Counted from the first letter of the stretch, positions 9,737 to 20,154 are shown. The stretch is 64,000 bases of DNA from Desulfurococcales archaeon (GCA_027030065.1 JALVFK010000086.1:18479-82478), one strand, 5' to 3'. The notes: a model not told the origin generated them from the sequence alone. Numbers and translations: made by a program.

Positions 9737-10741
9737 GTGCTTGGAATGGCTAAATACGTCCTTGAAGTAGAGCATTTGAAAACATACTATTACACTTACA
9801 AGGGTATAGTTAGAGGAGTGGATGATGTATCATTTAAACTAGAAGAAGGTGAAAGCTTAGGAATAGCTGGAGAAAGCGGATGTGGTAAGAGTACTCTAGC
9901 CTTCTCGCTCCTAAAGCTGGTTCCTCCTCCAGGACGAATAGTTGGTGGAAAGATAGTAATAGATGGCCAGGATATTGTGAAGATGAGTGAAAGCGAGGTA
10001 AGGAGTAAGATAAGATGGAAGAAGATAAGCATGGTTTTCCAAGGCGCTATGAATGCCTTAAACCCTGTGTATACTGTTGGATACCAGTTAGCCGAGCCAT
10101 TAATCTATCATAAAGGCTATAGCAAGAAGGAGGCAATAGAGGAAGCAAAGAAATATCTAGAAATGGTCGGTTTGGCGCCCGAGATAGTAAACCGCTATCC
10201 ACACGAACTAAGCGGTGGTATGAAGCAACGTGTAGTAATAGCTATGGCCCTAATACTCCAGCCAAAAATAGTGATTGCAGACGAGCCAACAACAGCTCTA
10301 GACGTAGTAGTACAAGCACAAATACTAAACTTGTTAAAGAAGCTTCAAAAAGAATTAAAGATAAGTATTATCCTAATAACCCACGATCTAAGCATAATTG
10401 CAGAACTAGCAGATAAAGTAGCCGTAATGTATGCAGGCAAGATAGTAGAATTCGGTCCACTGGAGAAAGTATTTCTCGAACCAAAGCACCCATATACTCA
10501 AGCACTATTAAGGAGTATACCAAGACTGCGAGGATCAAAAGAAAAACTAGAATGGATTCCAGGAACACCACCTGACTTGAGAAACCCGCCACCTGGATGC
10601 AGATTCCATCCAAGATGTAAGTTTGCAATGGATATATGCCGTAAGGAACCACCACCTGAAGTATATCTCGAACCAGATCATAGGGTTCTTTGTTGGCTAT
10701 ATGGTAAGGAGGGAAAACAAGGTCAAGGTGGTAGTCTATGA
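9737..10741 (+). CDS. ABC transporter ATPase (OppD-like)
   Basis: Walker A 'GESGCGKST', signature 'LSGGMKQRV', Walker B 'IVIADEPTTALD', and a C-terminal oligopeptide-type Cys motif '[11 protein letters not shown]'. Confidence 0.95.
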   Translation: MLGMAKYVLEVEHLKTYYYTYKGIVRGVDDVSFKLEEGESLGIAGESGCGKSTLAFSLLKLVPPPGRIVGGKIVIDGQDIVKMSESEVRSKIRWKKISMVFQGAMNALNPVYTVGYQLAEPLIYHKGYSKKEAIEEAKKYLEMVGLAPEIVNRYPHELSGGMKQRVVIAMALILQPKIVIADEPTTALDVVVQAQILNLLKKLQKELKISIILITHDLSIIAELADKVAVMYAGKIVEFGPLEKVFLEPKHPYTQALLRSIPRLRGSKEKLEWIPGTPPDLRNPPPGCRFHPRCKFAMDICRKEPPPEVYLEPDHRVLCWLYGKEGKQGQGGSL

Positions 10742-11883
10742 GCAAGCAGTTTCAGCTTCCTCCAAGAGATGAAGTATTAGAAGCAATAGAGAAGAAGGTT
10801 GGAGAAAAACTACTACTCTACGCATACAAGCTACGCAAATGGTTCCCAATAAGGAGAGGAATAAAAGAAGTACTAACACGCCAACCCCCAAGATATGTTA
10901 GAGCAGTAGACACAATAACCTTTTACATAAAGGAAGGGGAAACCTTCTGCCTCGTAGGAGAAAGTGGTTGCGGTAAAACAACAACTGGAAGAACATTAAT
11001 AAGATTATTAGAACCAACCGGGGGCTACGTATTCTACAAAGCTAGGCCCGAAACAATAAAAGAAATAAAAGAGTTACAAAAAGATGTTTACGTTAAAGAC
11101 GGGTTCATAGACTTAACAAGCGTCCATGCAAAGAAGTTTAAGCCTCTACGTAAAGAACTACAAATAATATTCCAAGATCCGTATGGTAGCCTTAACCCTA
11201 GATTCAAGATAAAAGACATACTAGAAGAACCACTACTAGTCCACGGTATAGGTGAAACACTAGAGGAGAGAGAAAAGATAGTATTGAAGGCATTAGAGGA
11301 CGTCAAGCTAACACCCCCTGAAGAATTCGCCTACCGCTACCCACACATGTTATCGGGTGGGCAGAGGCAGAGAGTGGGAATCGCTAGAGCAGTAATCCTT
11401 AATCCTAGATTTATTGTTGCTGACGAACCAGTATCGATGCTTGATGTATCGATTAGAGCCGAAATATTGGAACTAATGAATGAGTTGAAGAGGAAATATG
11501 GTCTAACATATCTGTTCATAACCCATGACCTCGCTGTAGCTAGATATATCTGCGACCGCATAGCAGTAATGTACCTAGGCAAAATAGTTGAAGTAGCTTC
11601 AGCAGACGAACTAATAGACAACCCGTTACATCCATACACTAAGGCACTAATAGCGGCAGTGCCAGAACCTGACCCCGAGCTGCGTCATAAGTTTAAGGAG
11701 GTTCCAATAAAGGGAGAAGTACCTAGTGCAGCAGCAATACCACCTGGATGTAGGTTCCACCCGAGATGTGTTGCTCTAGATCAGCACCCAGAGCTAAGAG
11801 AGCAATGTACCAGTGTTGAACCCGATCTAATAGAATATGAAAACGAACACTATGTTGCATGCTGGCTCTATAGAAGAAGCTAA
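10738..11883 (+). CDS. ABC transporter ATPase (OppF-like)
   Basis: 'GESGCGKTT', 'LSGGQRQRV', '[12 protein letters not shown]' and '[10 protein letters not shown]'. 4-nt ATGA overlap with the upstream gene. Confidence 0.95.
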   Translation: MSKQFQLPPRDEVLEAIEKKVGEKLLLYAYKLRKWFPIRRGIKEVLTRQPPRYVRAVDTITFYIKEGETFCLVGESGCGKTTTGRTLIRLLEPTGGYVFYKARPETIKEIKELQKDVYVKDGFIDLTSVHAKKFKPLRKELQIIFQDPYGSLNPRFKIKDILEEPLLVHGIGETLEEREKIVLKALEDVKLTPPEEFAYRYPHMLSGGQRQRVGIARAVILNPRFIVADEPVSMLDVSIRAEILELMNELKRKYGLTYLFITHDLAVARYICDRIAVMYLGKIVEVASADELIDNPLHPYTKALIAAVPEPDPELRHKFKEVPIKGEVPSAAAIPPGCRFHPRCVALDQHPELREQCTSVEPDLIEYENEHYVACWLYRRS

Positions 11884-11918
11884 AACAGTTCTCCCAACCA
11901 ACTATTATTTTATTATGA

Positions 11919-12452
11919 CTATTGCAGTCTACAATTATATCTCCTTAGCAGTGATTCAACGTATTTTGCAAAGGTATAGTCATCAACGTATCCCACTAAT
12001 AAGTCAACGGGTTTTCCATCAACTATTACTATGGTCGTAGGCGTACCCATTATATAGTACTTATAAGCTACGCGAGGATCCCTCTCAAGGTTAACTCTAA
12101 TAAAGCCAGCCTTCCCCTTAAACTCGTCGGCAATCATATAGAATACTTCTTCAAACATCATACAATAGGGACAATGTGTGGTATAAGTATTCACGAAGAG
12201 TATACGGCACTTCCTCATATAGTCTTCTAGCTCCTCTAATCCCGAAGCCTCTACTACAGGTTGTGAGATTAGTCTTGGATCCCTACAGCATTCGTTAAGC
12301 TTTCTTTCAGCATACTGTTTGCCTATCATCTTCTTAGCGAGTTTTTCAAGTATATGATCTAGTTCTTTATCGCTGTTAATCCCTATCCTATTATTCACCT
12401 TCTCATATCTTATTGTTTCATCAAGCATTTCTATACATCTCCAAGCACACAT
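11919..12452 (-). CDS. thioredoxin-fold protein with N-terminal extension
   Basis: 'THCPYCMMFEEVF' CxxC motif in a C-terminal Trx-like domain, with 'GTPTTIVIV' (cis-Pro loop region). Confidence 0.7.
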   Translation of the reverse strand: MCAWRCIEMLDETIRYEKVNNRIGINSDKELDHILEKLAKKMIGKQYAERKLNECCRDPRLISQPVVEASGLEELEDYMRKCRILFVNTYTTHCPYCMMFEEVFYMIADEFKGKAGFIRVNLERDPRVAYKYYIMGTPTTIVIVDGKPVDLLVGYVDDYTFAKYVESLLRRYNCRLQ

Positions 12453-12563
12453 AGTATAAACGGCGTTAATTTACTTTTCCCGATAATACACTTAACTAAG
12501 AGTGAAGCCTTTAAATTAGACATCTGCTGATAACCTGGTTAGACAGACGTAGGTAGAAATACG

Positions 12564-13634
12564 ATGGCCAAGATAGACGGTAAGGCTGGAATCATAGGCT
12601 GGGGTGTATATATCCCCAAGTACCGTATAAAAATGGATGAGTTCGTAAGAGTATGGGGATTCGAACCCTCAGTTCCCCAGTCTCTTAGAATGTACGAGAA
12701 AGCTATTGCGGGGCCCGATGAGGATACCATAACAATAGGATATGAAGCAGCATTAAACGCTCTCCGAAGAGCCGGTATAAATCCTAGCGACATAGAAGCC
12801 GTATTTGTTGGAACAGAATCCAAACCCTATGCTGTAAAGCCTTCTGCTACAGTAATAGCTGAGGCACTAGGAATAACCCCGAAGACTACAGCAGTTGACA
12901 TGGAGTTTGCTTGTAGAGCTGGAAGCGAGGGTATACGAAACTCTATAGCACTAGTAGTAAGCGGTATGGTTAAGTATGCTCTAGCCATAGGAGCTGATAC
13001 CGCACAAGCAAGCCCAGGTGATGTCTTAGAGTTCACGGCAAGTAGTGGTGGGGCAGCCTTTATAATAGGTAGGGGGGAGGAAGCCTCAGCGGTCTTCGAA
13101 GGAGTATACACCTATGTAACCGATACACCTGACTTCTGGAGAAGGGAACTTTCACCATATCCCCAGCATGGTGAGGGGTTTACTGGCGAGCCAGCATACT
13201 TCCACCACATAGTCAACGCTGTTAAAGGCCTTATGGAGGAACTCGGCTTGTCCCCAGAAGACTTCGATTATGCAGTATTTCATCAACCCAATGGTGTATT
13301 CCCTATTAGAGTTGGAAAGATTCTCGGGATACCCTTAGAGAAAATAACCCCAGGACTCGTAACACCTTGGATAGGCAACACGTATAATGGTTCAGCATTA
13401 GTAGGGCTAGCAAAGGTATTAGAAGAGGTAGCTAAGCCAGGCGATAGAATACTCTTAGCACCATTTGGTAGTGGTGCGGGCTCAGATGCTTATAGCATTA
13501 TTGTAACCGATAAGATCCTCGAGATACGTGATAAAGCTTCTACAGTCAAGGAATACATTGAGAGAAAAGAATACATTGACTATGCAGTGTATGCTAGGTT
13601 TAGAAACCTTATAAAGAGAATACCCGAAGCCTAA
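12564..13634 (+). CDS. hmgB: archaeal hydroxymethylglutaryl-CoA synthase
   Basis: '[15 protein letters not shown]', catalytic Cys context '[11 protein letters not shown]', 'FHQPNG' and '[10 protein letters not shown]'. Confidence 0.85.
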   Translation: MAKIDGKAGIIGWGVYIPKYRIKMDEFVRVWGFEPSVPQSLRMYEKAIAGPDEDTITIGYEAALNALRRAGINPSDIEAVFVGTESKPYAVKPSATVIAEALGITPKTTAVDMEFACRAGSEGIRNSIALVVSGMVKYALAIGADTAQASPGDVLEFTASSGGAAFIIGRGEEASAVFEGVYTYVTDTPDFWRRELSPYPQHGEGFTGEPAYFHHIVNAVKGLMEELGLSPEDFDYAVFHQPNGVFPIRVGKILGIPLEKITPGLVTPWIGNTYNGSALVGLAKVLEEVAKPGDRILLAPFGSGAGSDAYSIIVTDKILEIRDKASTVKEYIERKEYIDYAVYARFRNLIKRIPEA

Positions 13635-13650
13635 AGTAAAACATACATTA

Positions 13651-14991
13651 TTGTTTTCAAACGAAATAATTTTTATTCACAAAAACAAAACCTTAAACAA
13701 TAATGGTGAGAACTTGTCTGTAGACAATAGGGTTGATGAGAGAAAACTAGAAGATATAGTTGACAAGGTTCTGAGAGGAGAAATAAAGCTCCACCAACTT
13801 GACCAATTATTGAAGAGTAGTAATTTGGCAACGCTTGTTAGGAGGAGATTTATTGAACGCAAAATAGGCTCTCAACTACCCAGTCTAGCTTCAACGATAA
13901 TAGACTTTGATGAAATAGTTGGTAGAAACATCGAGAACCCTATAGGAGCAGTCCAAGTACCCGTAGGAATAATAGGTCCACTCAAAATAAACGGAGAATA
14001 CGCTAAGGGAGAATTCTATGTACCTCTCGCAACAACCGAGGGTGCTCTTGTAGCTAGTGTTAGCCGTGGTGCTAAAGCAATAACTCTCAGTGGTGGTGCG
14101 AAAACCAGGATCCTCTACGATGGAATGACAAGGGCTCCTCTCCTATGGACTCCAAGTGTCGAAGAAGCTCTACGCTTAGTTGAATGGGTTAAGCAGAGTT
14201 TCAATGAAATAAAAGCAGTGGCAGAGTCTACTACTAGGCATGGAAAACTCGTTGACATTAAACCCTATATTACTGGAAACAATGTATGGCTACGCTTCAT
14301 CTATACTACTGGTGACGCTATGGGCATGAACATGGCTACAATCGCAACAGACAAAGCATGCAACTATATTGAAGAAAACTTTCCGGGTACCGTAAAATGC
14401 CTTGCTCTAAGCGGTAATATGTGTGTGGATAAGAAACCCGCTATAATAAACATGTTAGAGGGTAGAGGAAAAACAGTAGTAGCCGAGGCAATAATTTCCC
14501 GAGAAACAGCGTTAAAAGTATTGAAAGCAGAACCCGAGCTAATACATGACATAAATACTCGTAAAAACTTACTGGGCAGTGCTAGAGCTGGTGCAATAGC
14601 CTATAACGCGCATTTCGCAAACATTATAGCAGCAATATTCATAGCGACCGGACAAGATGTTGCACAAGTAGTTGAGAGTAGTATGGGTTATACCTGGACA
14701 GAAATAACAAGCAACGGGGACCTCTACATCTCTGTAACCCTGCCAAGCCTAGAAGTAGGAACCGTAGGAGGGGGCACGAGACTCCCTACACAGAGAGAAG
14801 CACTAAGAATACTAGGAGTAGAAGGAGGGGGAGATCCTCCTGGAACCAATGCTAGGAAATTCGCTGAAATAATAGCGGCAACGGTACTCGCAGGAGAACT
14901 CAATCTCCTCGCAGCATTAGCGGCAAAACAGTTAGCAAGAGCCCATATAGCTCTGGGACGCGGCAAGAAAAATAAAGAAAAACATAGTTGA
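13651..14991 (+). CDS. hmgA: HMG-CoA reductase (class I catalytic domain)
   Basis: '[16 protein letters not shown]', 'GDAMGMNM' and '[12 protein letters not shown]'. The annotated TTG start is probably too far upstream. Confidence 0.9.
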   Translation: MFSNEIIFIHKNKTLNNNGENLSVDNRVDERKLEDIVDKVLRGEIKLHQLDQLLKSSNLATLVRRRFIERKIGSQLPSLASTIIDFDEIVGRNIENPIGAVQVPVGIIGPLKINGEYAKGEFYVPLATTEGALVASVSRGAKAITLSGGAKTRILYDGMTRAPLLWTPSVEEALRLVEWVKQSFNEIKAVAESTTRHGKLVDIKPYITGNNVWLRFIYTTGDAMGMNMATIATDKACNYIEENFPGTVKCLALSGNMCVDKKPAIINMLEGRGKTVVAEAIISRETALKVLKAEPELIHDINTRKNLLGSARAGAIAYNAHFANIIAAIFIATGQDVAQVVESSMGYTWTEITSNGDLYISVTLPSLEVGTVGGGTRLPTQREALRILGVEGGGDPPGTNARKFAEIIAATVLAGELNLLAALAAKQLARAHIALGRGKKNKEKHS

Positions 14992-15065
14992 ACACGATTA
15001 AACAATATTTTACAATCCAGATAGCCTTATATTAAATAACCTTGTTCTAAGAAACGGAGTCAGAC

Positions 15066-16316
15066 TTGTCCAGCCTCAAAATACCCAAGATACCGACCAT
15101 AGATGACTATGATATAAGGGAGAGCAAGGTTCTAGTTAGAGTAGACTTTAACAGCCCTATAGACCCCAAGACTGGTAAGATACTCAATGATTTCAGGATA
15201 AGAAGTCACGTTGAAACACTTAGAGAACTAGTAGTTGATAGAAAATGTGCAGTAGTAGTTATATCACATCAAGGTAGACCTGGAGAGAAAGACTTTACAA
15301 CACTAGAGGAACATGCTAAAAGACTATCAGAGTACTTAGGCCTGGATGTAGAGTTCATAGAGGACGTTATGGGACCAGCAGCTCGTAATAGGATAAAAGA
15401 GCTTAGAAACGGCGAAATATTAATGCTCGACAATGTTAGAATGGCTTCTGAAGAGCTACTAGAAGCTATACCAGAGAAGCAAGCAGAAACATTTATTGTT
15501 AGAAGACTTGCACCACTATTCAACTACTATGTAAATGATGCATTTGGTACAGCACATAGAAGTCAGCCAAGCATAGTGGGATTCCCATTAAAACTACCAT
15601 CAGCAGCAGGAAGGCTTATGGAAAGAGAAGTAAATGCACTACGCCGGGCTTTCGAGGAATCATCTGCTCCACGAGTATTTGTTTTAGGTGGTGGAAAAGT
15701 CTATGATTCTCTAAGAATAATCGAGTACCTCGTTAAGAACAAGATAGCTGATCGAATACTAACAACGGGCCTAGTAGCCCAGTTATTCCTAGTAGCAAAA
15801 GCAGTAAACATAGGCTTAGCCAACAAGAAATTCCTCGAGGAGAAAGGAGTCTTAGCACTAATATCAAGAGCACGTAGAATACTATTATCAGGAGCACCCA
15901 TAGAAACCCCAATAGACTTCAAAACACTCGTAGACAACGAGGTTAGAAACGAGACTATAGGCAACATTAAAGGACTCATAATGGATGTAGGAGAACAAAC
16001 AATACAAATGTACTCAGAACTCATGAAGGAAGCCAACGTAATAGTTGTTAGAGGCCCAGCGGGAGTAATAGAGGATCCAAGATTCCGAGAAGGTACTGCA
16101 AGAATACTAAACTCTGCTCTCGAAACAGAAGCCTTCGTCATAATAGGTGGTGGTCATTTAGCCGTATTAGCTGATCAGGAGAAAATGAAAAGTAGAGGTA
16201 ACGTACATTTATCAACGGGCGGTGGGGCTCTCCTCTTATTCCTAGCTGGTGAAGAACTTCCAGCCCTCTACGCGCTTAATAAGTCCGCTAAAAAGTTCTT
16301 GGGGTGGAAGGATTGA
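15066..16316 (+). CDS. pgk: phosphoglycerate kinase
   Basis: 'VRVDFNSPID', 'ISHQGRPG', 'AFGTAHR' and 'STGGGALL'. Confidence 0.95.
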   Translation: MSSLKIPKIPTIDDYDIRESKVLVRVDFNSPIDPKTGKILNDFRIRSHVETLRELVVDRKCAVVVISHQGRPGEKDFTTLEEHAKRLSEYLGLDVEFIEDVMGPAARNRIKELRNGEILMLDNVRMASEELLEAIPEKQAETFIVRRLAPLFNYYVNDAFGTAHRSQPSIVGFPLKLPSAAGRLMEREVNALRRAFEESSAPRVFVLGGGKVYDSLRIIEYLVKNKIADRILTTGLVAQLFLVAKAVNIGLANKKFLEEKGVLALISRARRILLSGAPIETPIDFKTLVDNEVRNETIGNIKGLIMDVGEQTIQMYSELMKEANVIVVRGPAGVIEDPRFREGTARILNSALETEAFVIIGGGHLAVLADQEKMKSRGNVHLSTGGGALLLFLAGEELPALYALNKSAKKFLGWKD

Positions 16317-17341
16317 AGATCCTTGTAAACGGGTTTGGGACTATAGGTAAAAGAGTTGCATGGGCTATAACCAGACAAGACGATATGAGTCTCTACGGGA
16401 TAGTTAAAACAAAGCCCGACTATGCTGCTCTCGTAGCCATTAAGAACGGTATCGACATATATGTTCCAAGCGAGGAATCACTGAGACTCTTCGAGGAAAA
16501 AAACGTTCCAGTAAAGGGGCTATTAACGGAGGCTTTAGAGAAGGTAGACCTGGTAGTAGATGCCACGCCTGCAAAAATAGGTGCAAAGTACAAGGATCTC
16601 TACAAACAATATGGTGTTAAGGCAATATTCCAGGGAGGAGAAAAAGCAAATGTAGCTGAAGTAAGCTTCAACTCCTACTGTAACTACGAGCAAGCGCTAG
16701 GTAAAAACTATGTCAGAGTAGTAAGCTGCAATACTACTGGGCTCCTACGTCTCCTATGTACATTAGATAAAGCAGTAGGGGTTGAGAAGGTTCGAGCCCT
16801 CCTAGTTAGGAGAGCCGCCGACCCCAAAGAGATAAAGAAGGGCCCGATAAACGCTATTGTCTTAGACCCACCCAATCCGCCAAGCCATCATGGAGAAGAT
16901 GTGAAAACAGTTGTGCCAAACTTAGACATATTGACCTATGCTGTTGTAGTCCCAACAACGCTCATGCATATGCACTATTTAGTAATAACTCTAAAAGACT
17001 ATGCCTCGAGAGCAAAGATAATAAGCGCATTAGAGGATGCTTCGAGAATCCTACTTGTAGACTCCTCAAGACTATCATTGAAGAGTACTGCCGAGCTAGT
17101 AGAGCTTGCAAGAGATCTTGGGAGACCTAGAAACGACTTCTATGAACTCCTCGTATGGGAGAACAGTATAACAGTTAATGGTAGAGAATTAATGCTGGTA
17201 CAATCAGTTCACCAAGAAGCAATTGTTGTACCAGAAAACATAGATGCTATAAGAGCTATGCTGAAACTAGTTGAAGACCCATTAGAAGCTATAAATAAAA
17301 CCGATAAGAGCCTAGGAATAACTGGGAGGCTGATAAACTAA
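16304..17341 (+). CDS. gap: archaeal-type glyceraldehyde-3-phosphate dehydrogenase
   Basis: 'VNGFGTIGKRVA' Rossmann motif and catalytic 'SCNTTGL'. 13-nt overlap with pgk. Confidence 0.95.
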   Translation: MEGLKILVNGFGTIGKRVAWAITRQDDMSLYGIVKTKPDYAALVAIKNGIDIYVPSEESLRLFEEKNVPVKGLLTEALEKVDLVVDATPAKIGAKYKDLYKQYGVKAIFQGGEKANVAEVSFNSYCNYEQALGKNYVRVVSCNTTGLLRLLCTLDKAVGVEKVRALLVRRAADPKEIKKGPINAIVLDPPNPPSHHGEDVKTVVPNLDILTYAVVVPTTLMHMHYLVITLKDYASRAKIISALEDASRILLVDSSRLSLKSTAELVELARDLGRPRNDFYELLVWENSITVNGRELMLVQSVHQEAIVVPENIDAIRAMLKLVEDPLEAINKTDKSLGITGRLIN

Positions 17342-17766
17342 TGACATATCCATTAGAACCATCCTACGAGCTAGGCTTTCGCTTTAGGAAAATATTAGTG
17401 CCTATTGATGGAAGTGAGAGTAGCCTAAAAGCACTTGACCTAGCAGTAGACTTAGCTAAAAGATACGGCTCGAAAATAACAGTAATACATGTAAAGACCC
17501 CTGGCTCAAAGTTAAGTAAGAGTATCTTGGATAAAGCTAGGAAAAGAGTTGAGAATAAAGGTCTCCCAGTATCTTTTAAAGAAGTAGAAGTAGACTATAA
17601 TACTTCTAGTATCTCTAAGGAAATACTCGATGAAATAATTGATGGAGGATATGATCTAGTAGTACTGGGGGCAAGGGGGATGACCGTAAGCGAGGAATTA
17701 AATATAGGAAGTGTAGCAACGTCAGTGGTATTAAATGCGCCGACAACAGTAATAGTAGTAAGGTAA
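17341..17766 (+). CDS. universal stress protein (UspA family)
   Basis: 'ILVPIDGSESSLKAL', 'LVVLGARG' and 'GSVATSVV'. TAATG junction with gap. Confidence 0.85.
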   Translation: MTYPLEPSYELGFRFRKILVPIDGSESSLKALDLAVDLAKRYGSKITVIHVKTPGSKLSKSILDKARKRVENKGLPVSFKEVEVDYNTSSISKEILDEIIDGGYDLVVLGARGMTVSEELNIGSVATSVVLNAPTTVIVVR

Positions 17767-17770
17767 AAAC

Positions 17771-18181
17771 ATGAGCCAGTTCAATATACCTGAAGACCTA
17801 GAATGCACTTATACATATATGGTTCGAGAAGAACATACGGCTAAACATATAGGATCGGGTACAGTAGAGGTTCTCTCAACACCCTCTATGATAGCCTTTA
17901 TGGAGCATGCTAGCTTAGAGTGCATACAAAGATACTTGCCCAAAGGTTATACTACAGTTGGGATAAGAGTAGACGTTAAACACTTGAAGCCCGCTCCAAA
18001 GGGAGCAAAAATAACTGTTAAGACAAGATTAGTAAAACGTGATGGTAAAAAACTAGTCTTTAAGGTACAAGCACTATGGGACGACATAGTGATAGGCGAG
18101 GGGATACATGAGAGATATATAGTTGATGAGAAAAAGTTTATTGAGAAATTAAACGAATTGACAAAATCTAAGGGAGCTTAA
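17771..18181 (+). CDS. hot-dog fold thioesterase (fluoroacetyl-CoA thioesterase-like)
   Basis: 136 aa. 'HTAKHIGSGTVEVLSTPSMIAFME' and 'TVGIRVDVKHLKPAPKGAKI' are typical of this small thioesterase family. Confidence 0.6.
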   Translation: MSQFNIPEDLECTYTYMVREEHTAKHIGSGTVEVLSTPSMIAFMEHASLECIQRYLPKGYTTVGIRVDVKHLKPAPKGAKITVKTRLVKRDGKKLVFKVQALWDDIVIGEGIHERYIVDEKKFIEKLNELTKSKGA

Positions 18182-18184
18182 GAA

Positions 18185-18559
18185 ATGTCGTCCGAAGAAT
18201 TATTTTTCTATGGATTAATAGCAGTAATCCTTGGATTAGGAATACCACTGGTAGTGCTAAGTATACTTAGACTATGGATGACTCATAAAGCATTAAAACT
18301 CTACGCAAAACACATAAAAGCTACAATGAATCTGCCCGAAGTAAAGAAGTTTATAGCCACGATAAAGAAGCCCTACATAGAAGTCGATGAAGACAAGAGT
18401 AAATCGCAAGTACTAGTCATCTGGAGAGATAGTAGGAGAAGAGATATTTATCCATCTGTATGGGTGTACGTTGATAAAAACACCATAAAACCGTTAAAAA
18501 TAATAGTGTATAGTGAGGACCCACATAAAAAACCGAGTACGAGAACGCTTCCAACATAA
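18185..18559 (+). CDS. hypothetical protein with N-terminal TM anchor
   Basis: 'LFFYGLIAVILGLGIPLVVLSILRLW' TM helix, then a basic soluble domain. Last gene of the pgk-gap string. Confidence 0.5.
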   Translation: MSSEELFFYGLIAVILGLGIPLVVLSILRLWMTHKALKLYAKHIKATMNLPEVKKFIATIKKPYIEVDEDKSKSQVLVIWRDSRRRDIYPSVWVYVDKNTIKPLKIIVYSEDPHKKPSTRTLPT

Positions 18560-18723
18560 ACAAGACTATATGAGTACTTGTATGTAATTCCTTCTAAAAC
18601 AACGCCATACTCCAAGAGTATTTCTACACAAGTCACATAATAACCTAAATGCGTTCTCAAGAATAAAGCTCCCAGATAGTATGAGTAGTGCACTATAACG
18701 TAATAGTAATATTATCTTCCTAG

Positions 18724-18782
18724 TTATCCTTGTCATCCTACTCAATACCCAATTGCCTGGGCGTGTAGGTAGACAAGGATAA
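18724..18782. repeat. 18-bp imperfect inverted repeat / long hairpin upstream of the Cas6-like gene
   Basis: TTATCCTTGTCATCCTAC (18724-18741) pairs with GTAGGTAGACAAGGATAA (18765-18782): 16 of 18 positions pair, with a 2x2 internal mismatch and a 23-nt loop. Confidence 0.7.
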
Positions 18783-18845
18783 TTTTGTAGAAACTAGCTT
18801 ATATTAGACGCTGAAAATACTCTTTAACTAGAGGATAGGGTTTTA

Positions 18846-19766
18846 ATGGTACTAATAGGAGGATTTGATAGAATACTATTATCGGCATCACCACGCAAGT
18901 ATACTTTAATTGAAGTATGTCTAAGAGTTGAGAAGAACGTAGTACTGCCACCCTTTACAGGCAAAGTACCCAAGAGTCTCTTAATAATAGGTAACTCTAA
19001 ACTATATGATATATTTGAAAAACCATTTATAGTGGAATATGATGGTGCTAAAATACAAGTTCCTAAACCCCTCCGAGTAACGCCACTATATATTCGTAAT
19101 AATGGGGATGTAAAGTACTTGTGGAAAAAGAAAAGTGGGGGGCCATCATTAAGGCTTAGGAAGGATACTACTGCTTGCTTTAAGATAGGATTTGAGGAGG
19201 GGTTGGAGAGAGACATATATTACGCTGTAGCAGGCATGGATAATGCTGTTCTCTTTGACGCGAAATGGATTATAGAAAGTGTTAGAGTTGAAAAATCATT
19301 TAAACTCCCATCACAGTATCCTGGAGTATCATTAGAGAATATTAGTGGTGTTAGGGTTTTCTTCCGGTCGCCCATAAAACTCGTAGACCCCTGGAAAAAG
19401 ACACGATACGGTAGGTTTCTACCAATAGCGGGAGTATTATTTGCATACAATATCGGTGAATTATTGAGACTGTTGAAGAGAGACATAGAGTACTGGTATG
19501 TTGTAAGCATGGTTTCAGCAGCTCTTCGCGAAACCCACAGGATATGGGAGACCGTTAAGAAAACAACCTATGTCTACGATGGGAAAGAACTCCCGGCATT
19601 ATCGGGTTACGCTACCTACCTAGTAGACGACGAGATAATAAACGGTATTAGGGGGTTTAGAGTATTCCTTGAAAACATTATTGCACACGCAATGGTAATG
19701 GGGATTGGAAGTAGTAGGGCAATAGGATTAGGTCACGTCGACATATACTTGTTGGAGAGAAACTAG
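18846..19766 (+). CDS. Cas6-like RAMP protein (orphan, no array nearby)
   Basis: C-terminal glycine-rich loop 'MGIGSSRAIGLGHV' (GxGx5GxG as in Cas6), N-terminal 'YTLIEVCLRVEKNVVLPPFTGKVPKSLL', and a mid-protein 'VFFRSPIKLV' strand. About 300 aa. Confidence 0.5.
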   Translation: MVLIGGFDRILLSASPRKYTLIEVCLRVEKNVVLPPFTGKVPKSLLIIGNSKLYDIFEKPFIVEYDGAKIQVPKPLRVTPLYIRNNGDVKYLWKKKSGGPSLRLRKDTTACFKIGFEEGLERDIYYAVAGMDNAVLFDAKWIIESVRVEKSFKLPSQYPGVSLENISGVRVFFRSPIKLVDPWKKTRYGRFLPIAGVLFAYNIGELLRLLKRDIEYWYVVSMVSAALRETHRIWETVKKTTYVYDGKELPALSGYATYLVDDEIINGIRGFRVFLENIIAHAMVMGIGSSRAIGLGHVDIYLLERN

Positions 19767-19805
19767 TATTCTGCTATTATTTCAAGTTCTACGTTAACCG
19801 CAACC

Positions 19806-19817
19806 TTTATTATTTTT
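19806..19817 (+). promoter_or_regulatory. TATA-box candidate for the low-complexity cassette
   Basis: TTTATTATTTTT is centred about 38 nt upstream of ATG 19849. A GGGTGA Shine-Dalgarno-like element lies 5-10 nt before the ATG. Confidence 0.35.
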
Positions 19818-19848
19818 GTGCAACTGCACAGAATTCTTGGGTGAAAAT

Positions 19849-20154
19849 ATGGCCTGGTGGTATGGACCCGGATACGGCTTCGGATGGGGATGGCGTGGAG
19901 GAAAAGGTGGATGGGGTAGAGGAGGCTGGCGTGGATGGGGATGGAGTAGTCCATGGCCTGGTAGAGGACCCTTCAGCTACCTACCACCGTGGCAGAGACC
20001 CGGCTGGTATCTAGGTAGAGGATTCTGCAGATGGTATTATGGATGGGGCTGGTGGCGCTGGCCAACTCCATGGTACTGGAACATACCAACATATCCAGTA
20101 TATCCGCCATACACTTCCTACACCTATCCGCCATACCCGTGGTGGAGGTGGTAG
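19849..20154 (+). CDS. Trp/Gly/Arg/Tyr/Pro-rich low-complexity protein (101 aa, about 21% Trp)
   Basis: ATG at 19849 preceded by GGGTGA. 'GFGWGWRGGKGGWGRGGWRGWGW' repeats and a PY-rich tail, with no Asp/Glu. The ORF track start at 19816 is probably too early. Confidence 0.6.
   Translation: MAWWYGPGYGFGWGWRGGKGGWGRGGWRGWGWSSPWPGRGPFSYLPPWQRPGWYLGRGFCRWYYGWGWWRWPTPWYWNIPTYPVYPPYTSYTYPPYPWWRW

Noticed and set aside
12655-12668. GGGGATTCGAACCC, a tRNA T-arm-like string
   Set aside because: It lies inside the well-supported HMG-CoA synthase CDS (encoding VWGFEPS), and no acceptor or anticodon arms can be built around it.
18448-18693. 81-aa minus-strand ORF downstream of the pgk-gap string
   Set aside because: It overlaps the 3' 110 nt of the better-supported plus-strand gene 18185..18559 and has Tyr/Leu/Val-rich shadow-like composition. 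A shorter real membrane peptide cannot be excluded.
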